Positions 29,391 through 38,919 of a stretch of 64,000 nt of DNA are shown piece after piece (within the stretch, counting starts at the first letter, position 1; each line of letters begins with the position of its first letter). The notes under the pieces were generated by a model. That model saw nothing but the letters and a program-made list of their open reading frames with translations, was not told where the DNA came from and made no database searches. The translations under genes and the position numbers were made by a program. This DNA is from Euryarchaeota archaeon UBA182 (GTDB lineage Archaea; Thermoplasmatota; Poseidoniia; Poseidoniales; Thalassarchaeaceae): NCBI GenBank assembly GCA_002495675.1, contig DAGH01000021.1, forward strand, positions 8,318 to 72,317, given 5' to 3'.

Positions 29391-29451
29391 GACGGTCCCA
29401 GATGCCCCTCACCTTAGAATCCTTCAAGCGATTGATTACCTTCCGTTGAAC

Positions 29452-31248
29452 ATGGTCACCATACCATCGTTGGGAAGGACTGTGACCTCGAGGGAGAGGT
29501 TTGCCAGAATCTTCGCAATTGGTGATAGATCCAATCCGAGTGCCTACACCCCCTCAATGGTCTTGATAGATGACGAGGACTCTCTGGAGGTGGCAGACGC
29601 ACCATTCCGTATGCTAAGAGACTCAAGTAAGGCTCCCGCCGAATTAAGAATGAAAACTCGAGCAAATTTATGTCCGCCGTTCGATGACCCAGTGGTATGG
29701 GAGGCAAGTGAAGGCCTTTCCCTCCCACCCAGCTTGATTGAATCAGACGCAGGAATCTTCCCCCATGGTGATGCTTTTCTTCCCGTAACCGCCCAATCTC
29801 TACTTCATGATTCAACTCTCTCTAACCTAGAAGTCGAACCCTCAATCATTTGCTTTGTAGACTCTCTTCAACTCGTAAATAATGATAGTTTATTGATCAA
29901 ATCCTTGGATTCTGTAAAACGGAGATTCCCCTCATCTTTAATCTGGATGCCGGGAATTTCAGGTCCCGATAATTGCTCACTCTTAGCCTGGATGGGTGTA
30001 GACCTAATGGATCTAATTAGAGTAAAAAGAGCATTCTCCAAAGGAATCCATATATCCGCATTCGGACCCAGGAAAATAGACATATCTTTGGATCAGACGC
30101 AGGCTTGGACCAAACAAATACGCTTTTGGAAAGACTCGATCAATGAAACAAGAGAGGCAATTCGTGATGGTAATCTAAGGCGGATTGTTGAAGCAAGCTG
30201 CCTATCAAGCCCACGTTCTGTTCAAAGATTGAGGAGACATGATAATTTCATGTCTGAAATTGCGATAAAAGATCCAGGTAATGCTGGACTTGCATCCTCA
30301 GTATCCCCCGGCACAGTACTCGAATGCAACTCACGAGATACGAGAGATGATCCATTAATTAGGTACTGGCAAGATCGGGTGACCGAGAATTGGAATCCAA
30401 ACCCACACCAATCTAAGATAGCGGTATTACTCCCTTGCTCCGCAGTCAAACCATACAGGAGGTCTCCCAGCCATTCTAGGTTCAGACATGCAATAAATTC
30501 ACGTTCAGTCAGTGAAATAATGATCACTGCCCCACTGGGTATCGTTCCTAGGGACCTAGAAGTGTTGTGGCCAGCCTCATCATACGACATTCCAGTTATT
30601 GGGGAGTGGGATTCTGATGAATTGTACACAATCAAGACCATGATGTCCAGAATAAACTCAAGAGTAGGCTTTGAGGTGGTAATTAATCACTCTGGAATTG
30701 AAATCGAACTAGAGGACACCGTGGTTATCGATACGAGGAAGCTCGATTCGGCAGGCTCTGAGAGTGCTCTGAATAGACTTTCCGAGGCAGTCCGTAAGAA
30801 TGTGGAATCCTATGGACTCAAAGAACCAAAAAGATCTACAGCACTTTTGGAATCTTTTAGGTCAATATCCAGACATTTACTAGGCGGAGATCAATGGCTT
30901 TTGAATGCAAAGATCACGGGTAAAGCACCCGACTACAGGATCATGATAGAATCCGAACAAATCGCATTATGGGATAGCAAAAGAGGTAGATTTGCGTTTT
31001 CAAAGGCTGCATTAGAGGTGCTCAGGCATACAAATCTCATCCCCAAGGTAGAGTTGACCGAGGGCTTCAAATGGTCAGGGGACTTATTTTCTACCAACAT
31101 ATCTAGCTACTCAGGGTCACCGAGAATAGGGGATGACATATTGGTGTACCAAGGGGGGAATTTAGTCGGGTCTGCAAGGGCTGTAGCCCCTGCATGGGAA
31201 TGGCCGACTGCCCCTGGCGCCCTTGCCAGGGCACGCCACAGGGTCTAA
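29452..31248 (+). CDS. arcS: Archaeosine synthase ArcS-like (TGT-like + DUF5591 + PUA)
   Basis: LAWMGVDLMD, LLPCSAVKPYRRSPSH, TAPLGIVPRDLE, YDIPVIGEW, C-terminal PUA domain. Confidence 0.8.
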   Translation: MVTIPSLGRTVTSRERFARIFAIGDRSNPSAYTPSMVLIDDEDSLEVADAPFRMLRDSSKAPAELRMKTRANLCPPFDDPVVWEASEGLSLPPSLIESDAGIFPHGDAFLPVTAQSLLHDSTLSNLEVEPSIICFVDSLQLVNNDSLLIKSLDSVKRRFPSSLIWMPGISGPDNCSLLAWMGVDLMDLIRVKRAFSKGIHISAFGPRKIDISLDQTQAWTKQIRFWKDSINETREAIRDGNLRRIVEASCLSSPRSVQRLRRHDNFMSEIAIKDPGNAGLASSVSPGTVLECNSRDTRDDPLIRYWQDRVTENWNPNPHQSKIAVLLPCSAVKPYRRSPSHSRFRHAINSRSVSEIMITAPLGIVPRDLEVLWPASSYDIPVIGEWDSDELYTIKTMMSRINSRVGFEVVINHSGIEIELEDTVVIDTRKLDSAGSESALNRLSEAVRKNVESYGLKEPKRSTALLESFRSISRHLLGGDQWLLNAKITGKAPDYRIMIESEQIALWDSKRGRFAFSKAALEVLRHTNLIPKVELTEGFKWSGDLFSTNISSYSGSPRIGDDILVYQGGNLVGSARAVAPAWEWPTAPGALARARHRV

Positions 31249-31307
31249 ACCCCTGCGTAGCGGTTAAAGAGGGGCAGCAGATCGGCTGGAACCGGAGGAT
31301 ACCCATT

Positions 31308-31766
31308 ATGGCGAGGATGCACAGTGGTGGCAAGGGACAAAGCGGGTCAACAAGACCTTTTATCAGCACACCACCAAAATGGTCAGAAACCGACAAGGAT
31401 AACATCGAGTCATTGATTCTTAAGTATTCTAGTGAAGGCAAGTCGACCTCCGAAATCGGCATAATACTTAGAGATCAACATGCGGTTCCAGATGTCAAAT
31501 TAGCCACTGGAGAAAGAATATCCGCCATAATTGCTAGGAACGGCATGAATCCAAATTATCCCGAGGATATGATGAACCTCATGAGGCAAGCACAGAGAAT
31601 AATTGACCACCTAGAATCGGGCAACAGGAAAGATATCCACAACCGCCGCCAACTAGAGTTAACTGAATCTAGGCTTAGAAGACTGGCTAGGTACTACCGA
31701 GACAGCGGTAAAATTCCAGAGGATTGGACTTACAAAAGGGATCAACTGAGGTTGATGATCCAGTGA
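31308..31766 (+). CDS. rps15: 30S ribosomal protein uS15 (S15P/S13e)
   Basis: MARMHSGGKGQSGS, SEIGIILRDQH, ESRLRRLARYY. GGAGG upstream. Confidence 0.97.
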   Translation: MARMHSGGKGQSGSTRPFISTPPKWSETDKDNIESLILKYSSEGKSTSEIGIILRDQHAVPDVKLATGERISAIIARNGMNPNYPEDMMNLMRQAQRIIDHLESGNRKDIHNRRQLELTESRLRRLARYYRDSGKIPEDWTYKRDQLRLMIQ

Positions 31767-33752
31767 TCAATCCAATCTCAGCGTCACGAAACAGCCTGAG
31801 CAGGTAGTTCGGAACGGTCTTTCAGAGCTGTGAACTACATTTGGCGTGCTGCAACTAGGGCATGTTATTGTGGGCAATGACCTAGCGCCAATACCCTTGT
31901 TTTTGCTGCGTGGCGAGACTAGTGCCACCGGGAAAACTCCAATCAGGCCGGCTGCGCCAACGCCGAACACCAGAGGCAAGTCGAATCCACCAACGTAGAC
32001 TATGAACGACATGAAACCAAACAGCGTCGCTGTGGCAACGGAGGGGGCCCTTATCCTTGTCTTGGTCAGATAAAGTGACAGACCGGCGGTTATCGACATC
32101 ACCAACACAAGTATCAGGGCAGAAACGAGTGGGCTACCTGCCGGAGAAGACGGGGGGTCGTAAGTCACTGAAAATATCAATTCAGGATCTAAATCAGGTT
32201 CATTAAAGGACAATGTCTCTAGGAATATCCACCTTCTATGCTCTACTTCCATGTCACCCGATGATACAGCCCCAAATCCCCCGAGTGCAGATCCCCTCAA
32301 TCCTGCACTCAGATCAATGTTGGTAAACCAGTCAGACTTACCAGGTTGAACGAATGTTCTGACTAGAAACTCTGTGCCTCCATCTATGCCCGGGGTGTAT
32401 CTTGCTTCGATCATTATGGTGACCGATTCCGAAGAGAAAGCCCTGGTTGCTCCGAAGTCTATTGAAACATCTCGCTGGGATAGATCAACGAGATCTGCCC
32501 CGAGAAGAGACTCGATATCCACTCCTAGGCCGTTGCTCATGAATGACCTGATGTTGGACGCTGAGGTCTGCAAGTGCTGGGTTAAAGCGGCACTCTCGGC
32601 ATCATCAACCCTTCCATTGTGTTCCTCGCCCATAGACAAAGAATCTTCGTACGAGTCTAGATTTTTCCACCAAGAGCTTCCACTGAGTGTGTTATTTCCA
32701 ATATTATCCAGCCCCCATCGAATCCATTGTGCCATAGCACCGTCAACAGTTATCTCGAGATCCTTATCGACAATCGATGCACTAGCCCTCCCTGAAATGT
32801 CTATTTCCAAGTTTGTACCTGAATCTCTTTTCGGCTCTTCCTCTGGATACCAATCCCCGGTCCCTCCGTCACCATCAATATCAACTTCATAGGTTCTAAT
32901 CGATTCCAGCGTTGCACCGGGGTGTGGACTCACTCTGAAGGTCACTTGGACCCCTGAGCCAGTGTAAGAGTCAGGCCATTGCCACACGAACACGATCCTG
33001 ACACCATCTTCTATTTCTGTGATTACAGGACTTGTCGACAGGAGTTCGGAACCGACAGTAGCGGAACCTGTACTACGCTTGTTCCAAAGGTCGATCCCGT
33101 AATTCGATCTTATTTCAATGGGGAAATAGGCGATTCCATCATTCGCCGATACATCACCCATTGTTGCCTCGCCAAAAGGAAATTTTGCCAACATACCGGC
33201 ATCTTCTGTATCCCCCCAATAAAATCTGATACCTGCGTTATCACCAGGTGCTGAGAACGACAAAGACTGGACCTCCAGTGTGAAGCGGATTTGGTCTCCC
33301 TCCGAAACCATGCCCGACGAAATCGATATGGGTACTGATAACACGCCATTAGTAACAAGTAGCCCTGGCCCTGACGACCCCGAGTAATAACTTCCCCCGA
33401 TGTTTATTCCTACAGTGGCATTGAATTGAAGACCAGTGGCCCCCTCTATCTCATAGGGAATCTCAAAGGTCCATTCGGAGGCAGGATAATCATCGTCAAT
33501 GGACCACACTGTACTCCACTTTCCTATTTCTATGGCCCCCAACACCGATGGGGTGACGACTGCAGAGTATCTCTGGTCTAGGTTTGAAGCAAAAGGGGTG
33601 AGTCCCCCGGATTGAGCTTCTCCTGTCAAGAACATCTTGAATCCGTCTTGCTCACAGCATGATCCATTATCTTCGGCATTAGAAATGCCTGTAAATGGTA
33701 CCAAAAAAAGCAAAACTAGCACAGCCATGGTCCCCGCGTGCTTCCTTCCCAT
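31767..33752 (-). CDS. Secreted/membrane protein with three C-terminal TM helices and zinc ribbon
   Basis: Signal peptide, beta-rich ectodomain, 3 TMs, CPSC...ERP...CSGC. Confidence 0.75.
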   Translation of the reverse strand: MGRKHAGTMAVLVLLFLVPFTGISNAEDNGSCCEQDGFKMFLTGEAQSGGLTPFASNLDQRYSAVVTPSVLGAIEIGKWSTVWSIDDDYPASEWTFEIPYEIEGATGLQFNATVGINIGGSYYSGSSGPGLLVTNGVLSVPISISSGMVSEGDQIRFTLEVQSLSFSAPGDNAGIRFYWGDTEDAGMLAKFPFGEATMGDVSANDGIAYFPIEIRSNYGIDLWNKRSTGSATVGSELLSTSPVITEIEDGVRIVFVWQWPDSYTGSGVQVTFRVSPHPGATLESIRTYEVDIDGDGGTGDWYPEEEPKRDSGTNLEIDISGRASASIVDKDLEITVDGAMAQWIRWGLDNIGNNTLSGSSWWKNLDSYEDSLSMGEEHNGRVDDAESAALTQHLQTSASNIRSFMSNGLGVDIESLLGADLVDLSQRDVSIDFGATRAFSSESVTIMIEARYTPGIDGGTEFLVRTFVQPGKSDWFTNIDLSAGLRGSALGGFGAVSSGDMEVEHRRWIFLETLSFNEPDLDPELIFSVTYDPPSSPAGSPLVSALILVLVMSITAGLSLYLTKTRIRAPSVATATLFGFMSFIVYVGGFDLPLVFGVGAAGLIGVFPVALVSPRSKNKGIGARSLPTITCPSCSTPNVVHSSERPFRTTCSGCFVTLRLD

Positions 33753-33809
33753 GACCGGGCCCCGGCGGGATACTGCTTGAATCCGCCGCTTAAAATCTCT
33801 CAGAGAACG

Positions 33810-35510
33810 CTATCTGTGTAGCCAATGAAGAACTCGACTATCGTCAGACCATTCCATTACCTTTGCAAAGCCATTCCTTTCCATTTGAATGACCTCTCCA
33901 ACGAATAATTCAGTATCTTCGACAACACAGCCCTTACGGACTAGATCAACACCATCTGGCATTACAAGAGTGCAATCCTTTATTGAATCAGCACTTATCC
34001 AATTGATTATTTTTCTATCGTCGCTTTTCTTTGTTGAGATTATCTGGTAATTGTTTTCGACGTTTGAAATGTCGGCAAAATCCTTCAATCTTATTTCGTC
34101 TTCGAGATCTACTCTCTCAATTACCACCCGCCCCGTTTTTGTTGAATGATGCCTATTACCAAGTGATTGGTTATCGGGGTGGAATGGAAGCACGGCCTTT
34201 TCTGGAACATCGCCGGTAATATCTATTTCAACAGGGTCCATAATGACTGAAATACGACGTGATGTTGGATCGATCTTGGCAGAATTAACTGCATTGAGAG
34301 AGTCCAATGATATGGCCACGTCCTTCTGTGTTATCCCCATTTCAGTCCAGAACGATTTGATGGCGTTCGGATGATAACCCCTTTTCCTCATTGACATCAA
34401 TGTTGGAAGCCTTGGGTCATCCCAACCATCGTAAACACCCGAATCTATGCCTTCTCTCATCGTACTTGTTGAGAATGAACCTTGATCATGTATGCTTACT
34501 CGCCCCCAGTACAATGTCTCTGGGTAGGTCCACCCAAAGTGATCGTACAACAGAATTTGCTTTCTGGTCGAGTCCATCAAGTCTTTTCCCCGGATAATAT
34601 GGGTCACACCTTGCTCATGATCCTCAATTGCGCTCTGGAAGTCGAGTAATGGCCATACGTTGTATAAATCTCCGACTACAGGATGGATATTCTTCTGTAT
34701 TCTCCATGCAGGCCAATCCCGAAGGGCTGGATTAGGAAGAGTCATGTCTGTCTTGACTCTAATTATAGCATCACCAGGCTCCTTGCCCCCGTTGAGCATA
34801 ATGCTCCAAAGTTTCAAATTTTCTTCAACTGGCCTATTTCTGTGAGGGCAGGGCACCATCGACATCCTGTGTTTCTTGAACTCATCACTACTGCATTCGC
34901 AAACATATCCATAACCCTCCGAGAGAAGTTTCTCTGCGTACTTGAGGTAGATCGGCATTCTTTCACTAGCCTTGATTGAAATGTCTGGTTTTGAACCAGT
35001 CAACCATTCAAAATCCTCAATTATCCAATCATAAGCTTCGACCAGTGGAGGTTTCACAACTGTGTCAGTATCGTCGAATCTGAGTACTATCTTCCCGTCG
35101 TGATTTTCAACGTAGTGCTTGTTGATAACTACACCTCTGGAATGTCCCAAAGACAGGGGCCCATTCGGATTAGGTGCAAACCTGAGTACCACTCCCCCCT
35201 CGGTATTCTCTAGAGGTTTCAGTCCGGCGTTTTTCTCTTGGCGAACCCGATTAACCGCGCTGGGATCGATGTTTTCAATTTCTCTCCGTACATGATCTGC
35301 CCCGTTTTCATTCATGGATTTGTTTGCATCCATTACTTCTTTGGAAACCAAGGACATCAAATCTTTGGCCTTTGGTCGGAGGTCCTGCCGTTCCGATAAT
35401 AGCCGCCCCAATGTTGAGCCTACTTGCCCCTTTCCATCATATTCTAGAGCGTTTTGAAGAGCATATTTCCTCACTAAGGGTATCACATCATCATCCATTA
35501 GATCGCCCAT
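33810..35510 (-). CDS. gltX: Glutamyl-tRNA synthetase (archaeal type)
   Basis: RFAPNPNGPLSLGH, LRFDDTD, RVKTD, THIIRGKD, GWDDPRLPT. Confidence 0.96.
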   Translation of the reverse strand: MGDLMDDDVIPLVRKYALQNALEYDGKGQVGSTLGRLLSERQDLRPKAKDLMSLVSKEVMDANKSMNENGADHVRREIENIDPSAVNRVRQEKNAGLKPLENTEGGVVLRFAPNPNGPLSLGHSRGVVINKHYVENHDGKIVLRFDDTDTVVKPPLVEAYDWIIEDFEWLTGSKPDISIKASERMPIYLKYAEKLLSEGYGYVCECSSDEFKKHRMSMVPCPHRNRPVEENLKLWSIMLNGGKEPGDAIIRVKTDMTLPNPALRDWPAWRIQKNIHPVVGDLYNVWPLLDFQSAIEDHEQGVTHIIRGKDLMDSTRKQILLYDHFGWTYPETLYWGRVSIHDQGSFSTSTMREGIDSGVYDGWDDPRLPTLMSMRKRGYHPNAIKSFWTEMGITQKDVAISLDSLNAVNSAKIDPTSRRISVIMDPVEIDITGDVPEKAVLPFHPDNQSLGNRHHSTKTGRVVIERVDLEDEIRLKDFADISNVENNYQIISTKKSDDRKIINWISADSIKDCTLVMPDGVDLVRKGCVVEDTELFVGEVIQMERNGFAKVMEWSDDSRVLHWLHR

Positions 35511-35513
35511 GAC

Positions 35514-36266
35514 TTAATCCACCCCCTTCGTCCAGAGAATTGGGTCCAACCCTCGCTGTAAAACAGTACCGTTTGTGGTTCTGATTGGTATAGGAACTGT
35601 ATGGTTTTTTTTCCAAGCGTTCGATGTAGTCGCCCAGGTCCAACGCAGTGAGACGTGCGGGAGATCCCCTCGAGTCAGCTGGTTCAATGCCTCTATCGTT
35701 GTAGGGTCAGATGGATAACCAGAGCCAAGATTAAACCCGAGATTATCGCTTAAGTCTGATATCACCCTATCTCTGTGTTGTTTGGCCACGATTGAGGCCG
35801 CACCTGTGACAACGCACTTGTCATCCATTCCCTTCCTGCTCTCAAAATGTAAGTTCGGTCTTCTGGAATGCAATTTGTTGTACACCTTCATTGCGAATAA
35901 TTTGGGATTATTACCAATCGGATCCAAGTTGACCTTTGCATTTGTGTCCGCCGAAGAGACACTTTTAATTGCCTCAATGAAAGCCTCTTCCTCAATCTCA
36001 TTCAACGACTTGATAGACCTAGATATGTCTATGGATTCTGGGCTGATCGGGATCACACAAACCTTCCAGTCACGTTCTTTCATCGTTTCGAAAATATCCT
36101 TCTCAATCATTTCTCTCTTGGTTTTTGATATTCTCTTTGAATCTCTCACGCCCATTTTGATTAATCTTTGAACATCTTCCTTGGGTATAGCAAGCGAGGC
36201 AACGACCAACGGCCCGATAGCCGGCCCTCTCCCGGCCTCATCCACACCTATCACATAAGAACTCAA
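35514..36266 (-). CDS. rnhB: Ribonuclease HII
   Basis: GVDEAGRGP, VRDSK, AASIVAK, GSGYPSDP. Confidence 0.96.
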   Translation of the reverse strand: MSSYVIGVDEAGRGPAIGPLVVASLAIPKEDVQRLIKMGVRDSKRISKTKREMIEKDIFETMKERDWKVCVIPISPESIDISRSIKSLNEIEEEAFIEAIKSVSSADTNAKVNLDPIGNNPKLFAMKVYNKLHSRRPNLHFESRKGMDDKCVVTGAASIVAKQHRDRVISDLSDNLGFNLGSGYPSDPTTIEALNQLTRGDLPHVSLRWTWATTSNAWKKNHTVPIPIRTTNGTVLQRGLDPILWTKGVD

Positions 36267-38863
36267 TCAATCAAATCCTTCAAAATGTCATTGAGATCTT
36301 CCCCTGACCGTTTTCTAACGGCTTTGTTATCGGGACCAAGTGAATTAGGCAATTCTTCAATATCATGAATTACGCTATCAAGCAATCCTGAATCAAGCGC
36401 CCTGTTCGACCGAGCAATCTCTTCGTTGTCGTGGGGTTTGATCTCACTTTTTGATCTCTTGAAACCCTCCGCGAACTCCTCCGCAGATATCGTGTCTGGC
36501 TCCTCTGTAGTGGCGTTGGAAATCTTCCTTCTTTTCAGGGAAGAATTGAACATCCAAAGACCACAAACACAAATGGCCAAACTAACTATGATGAGAAGAA
36601 CCTGAAACAAACCGAGATGCCCAACGCTGCCCTCATCAGACACCGAGTTTACTACATTGTTGAGTGTGCAGGCGCTTTCGACAGAGTTTCCTGGGTTGCT
36701 TAATGGCGTTGCTGTCACTGAGAGCCTTGTACTGTCCTGGGCGGCACTGGACCATGCCTGAATTTCTAGGGTCCCTTGGTACCCAATTGGGTCAAACCTG
36801 AGGAAACGATCTTGTGTGTATTCCCCATTGATAAGAAAGCCATGATCAACGTCTTTGTTGATATCCACAACTGCCTCAATAGAATCTGCCCTTCTACCTG
36901 TGTTGATCACAAATACCGACATCGTGATTCTACCGTCGGATAATACGTCACATACTACGTCTCCTTTGGTTTCCAACCTTGCCTCCGATGAGATTGTGAA
37001 ACTGATTTTCTCGATCCCGATGACCAAACCCTGCGTTCTCATACGAATCTCAATATCTGGTGTGACACCTAGTTGCGCTTCGCCGTCCACTGCAAGAGGC
37101 AACGGGATTTTGGTGGATTCTCCGCCATCCAGTTCTATCTCACCGGGCAACTCAATTTCCAACCATTCAGGAATTCCACGATATTCGATACTGTAGACAG
37201 TTGAGCCAATGCCATCATTGGTCACAATCAGGTCCAAAACACAGTCTTCACTGGGTTCGATATCTTCACAATCCCCCTCGTCGACGGAAAAAGATCCGGA
37301 TATTCTTGTCGATATGACGACGCTAGTGAATGAGATATCCTGATAGGGCAGTCCCACTGGACCAGCCCTTATTCCAAAATCAAGTGCCCCTGTCGAGTCA
37401 CTAGGTGCGGAGATCTGCATTCGTATTCGACCTGTGCTCCATGGATCAACACCCGTCGCCATAGATTCATCGAGAAGAATTACGCCCCAACCATCGATCG
37501 AGATTAGGCTTCCAATTCGCTCAACTCCGTCATTGCTTGAAAATAGCTCTACGCCGATGTCATCGATGCTGTTACCCGTGTTTCTTACCTCGATATCCAA
37601 TACCGAAATCGAATTCGGAGGCATCGACATAGAGCCTCCACCAGAGATAATCTGGATCGATCTTTGACGTCCTGTTTCCAATCTGAAATCCCAATTGTCC
37701 CTGATTCCAAATTGGTCCATTACCGATGCCTCAAAATGATGTGTTGAACCTGCGCTTGGAGACCCGGGAGCTGATTTAGGAGCATGAATTAGGAATTTGA
37801 GGGCAATTTCACGATCACTACCTATGGTAATCAATCTTGCACCAAGAGCCAAGGGGTCATCTTCCCACGACCAATTCCAGCCAGAAGAGTCAGTGAGATT
37901 CACGACCGCAACCCGATCTTCTTCTGCAAAATTCCTAACGAACAACGTGACACCAATCGAAGATCCGGGTTGAATTGTATATGTCCCACCTGCCAGATTC
38001 CTAAACCTCACCTTGGCCCTGTCATCTTCATAAGGTGTCATCAGGGAGCTTGGCAAATCGTTCACTGCCCTCCGAGCTACCTCGATAAGGTAAATTGAGG
38101 TATTCATATCAATGGAGTTAGGCCTAAGGTTGGGGGTACAGTCATCATTGAATAGTGATACAACAACGGTACAAGCAATCAGGAAAGCTCCAACCTCAGA
38201 TGCCTCCACTTCATTGGAATAAAGGCTTGAGAAGTTAGAACTTTGATCAAGTGGATTGACCCCTAAAGCCAAGTCATCCATGTAAACGATGTTGAATGCT
38301 GCTCCAGCCGGAATCACATAGCGAATACCAGATGAAAGACCATCAAGCAATGAGATTGTCGAATTCACAATGAGCGAGTCCATGCTTGTGAAATCACCCA
38401 TGGTTATCGGCCGATTAGAATCTCCGTTCTTGTGCGCCCATGGCATGAACAAAACAGGCTCGGCAGGCATGTCATCCGCAATTTCGGCAAGTTTTTCCAG
38501 TGTTGCAAGAATAGATCCATCCCCGCTAGAACCATCTTGGACAGCAATATCAATGGATTTGGGTTGCAGAATTAAAAAATCCGACTGATCGTCTAATGCA
38601 ACGGACCAAGGGGCCAGGCCTTCCTCGTAGAATCCCAGATGATCATCCAGACCAAGATTTTCTCCAGATATGGTCTGGGTAGATGAATTGGGGTATGATT
38701 CTTCTATGCCGATCTCCACCTTGCTCCCCACGCTGTCAATCATCCTGTCACCAACCAGGATTACATCCATGGTCGCACCGTCGGTAATACCTGCCACGGG
38801 TTGTGCCTCGTATGCAGGCACCATTGAAAACAGCAAAACAGCCATGATCAATTGTGGCCTCAT
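36263..38863 (-). CDS. Surface protein: degenerate SGNH-like domain + Ig-like (NEW3/COG1470) repeats + TM
   Basis: Signal peptide. VILVGDR, LILQ, LFMPWA, VIPAGAAF. Repeated V.N.G..D Ig motifs. C-terminal TM. Confidence 0.72.
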   Translation of the reverse strand: MRPQLIMAVLLFSMVPAYEAQPVAGITDGATMDVILVGDRMIDSVGSKVEIGIEESYPNSSTQTISGENLGLDDHLGFYEEGLAPWSVALDDQSDFLILQPKSIDIAVQDGSSGDGSILATLEKLAEIADDMPAEPVLFMPWAHKNGDSNRPITMGDFTSMDSLIVNSTISLLDGLSSGIRYVIPAGAAFNIVYMDDLALGVNPLDQSSNFSSLYSNEVEASEVGAFLIACTVVVSLFNDDCTPNLRPNSIDMNTSIYLIEVARRAVNDLPSSLMTPYEDDRAKVRFRNLAGGTYTIQPGSSIGVTLFVRNFAEEDRVAVVNLTDSSGWNWSWEDDPLALGARLITIGSDREIALKFLIHAPKSAPGSPSAGSTHHFEASVMDQFGIRDNWDFRLETGRQRSIQIISGGGSMSMPPNSISVLDIEVRNTGNSIDDIGVELFSSNDGVERIGSLISIDGWGVILLDESMATGVDPWSTGRIRMQISAPSDSTGALDFGIRAGPVGLPYQDISFTSVVISTRISGSFSVDEGDCEDIEPSEDCVLDLIVTNDGIGSTVYSIEYRGIPEWLEIELPGEIELDGGESTKIPLPLAVDGEAQLGVTPDIEIRMRTQGLVIGIEKISFTISSEARLETKGDVVCDVLSDGRITMSVFVINTGRRADSIEAVVDINKDVDHGFLINGEYTQDRFLRFDPIGYQGTLEIQAWSSAAQDSTRLSVTATPLSNPGNSVESACTLNNVVNSVSDEGSVGHLGLFQVLLIIVSLAICVCGLWMFNSSLKRRKISNATTEEPDTISAEEFAEGFKRSKSEIKPHDNEEIARSNRALDSGLLDSVIHDIEELPNSLGPDNKAVRKRSGEDLNDILKDLID

Positions 38864-38919
38864 TGAATCAACCAGAGTGGAGGATTATTATGAGTATCAC
38901 CCGTAGTGTTTTATGGTAA

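Noticed and set aside
33762..33788. GC hairpin CGGCGG...CCGCCG after gltX as a terminator
   Set aside because: No U-tract, and it overlaps the putative promoter of the next gene. Insufficient support.
35140..35185. GltX HIGH motif reads SLGH
   Set aside because: Degenerate HIGH motifs are common in archaeal GluRS and the rest of the protein is intact.
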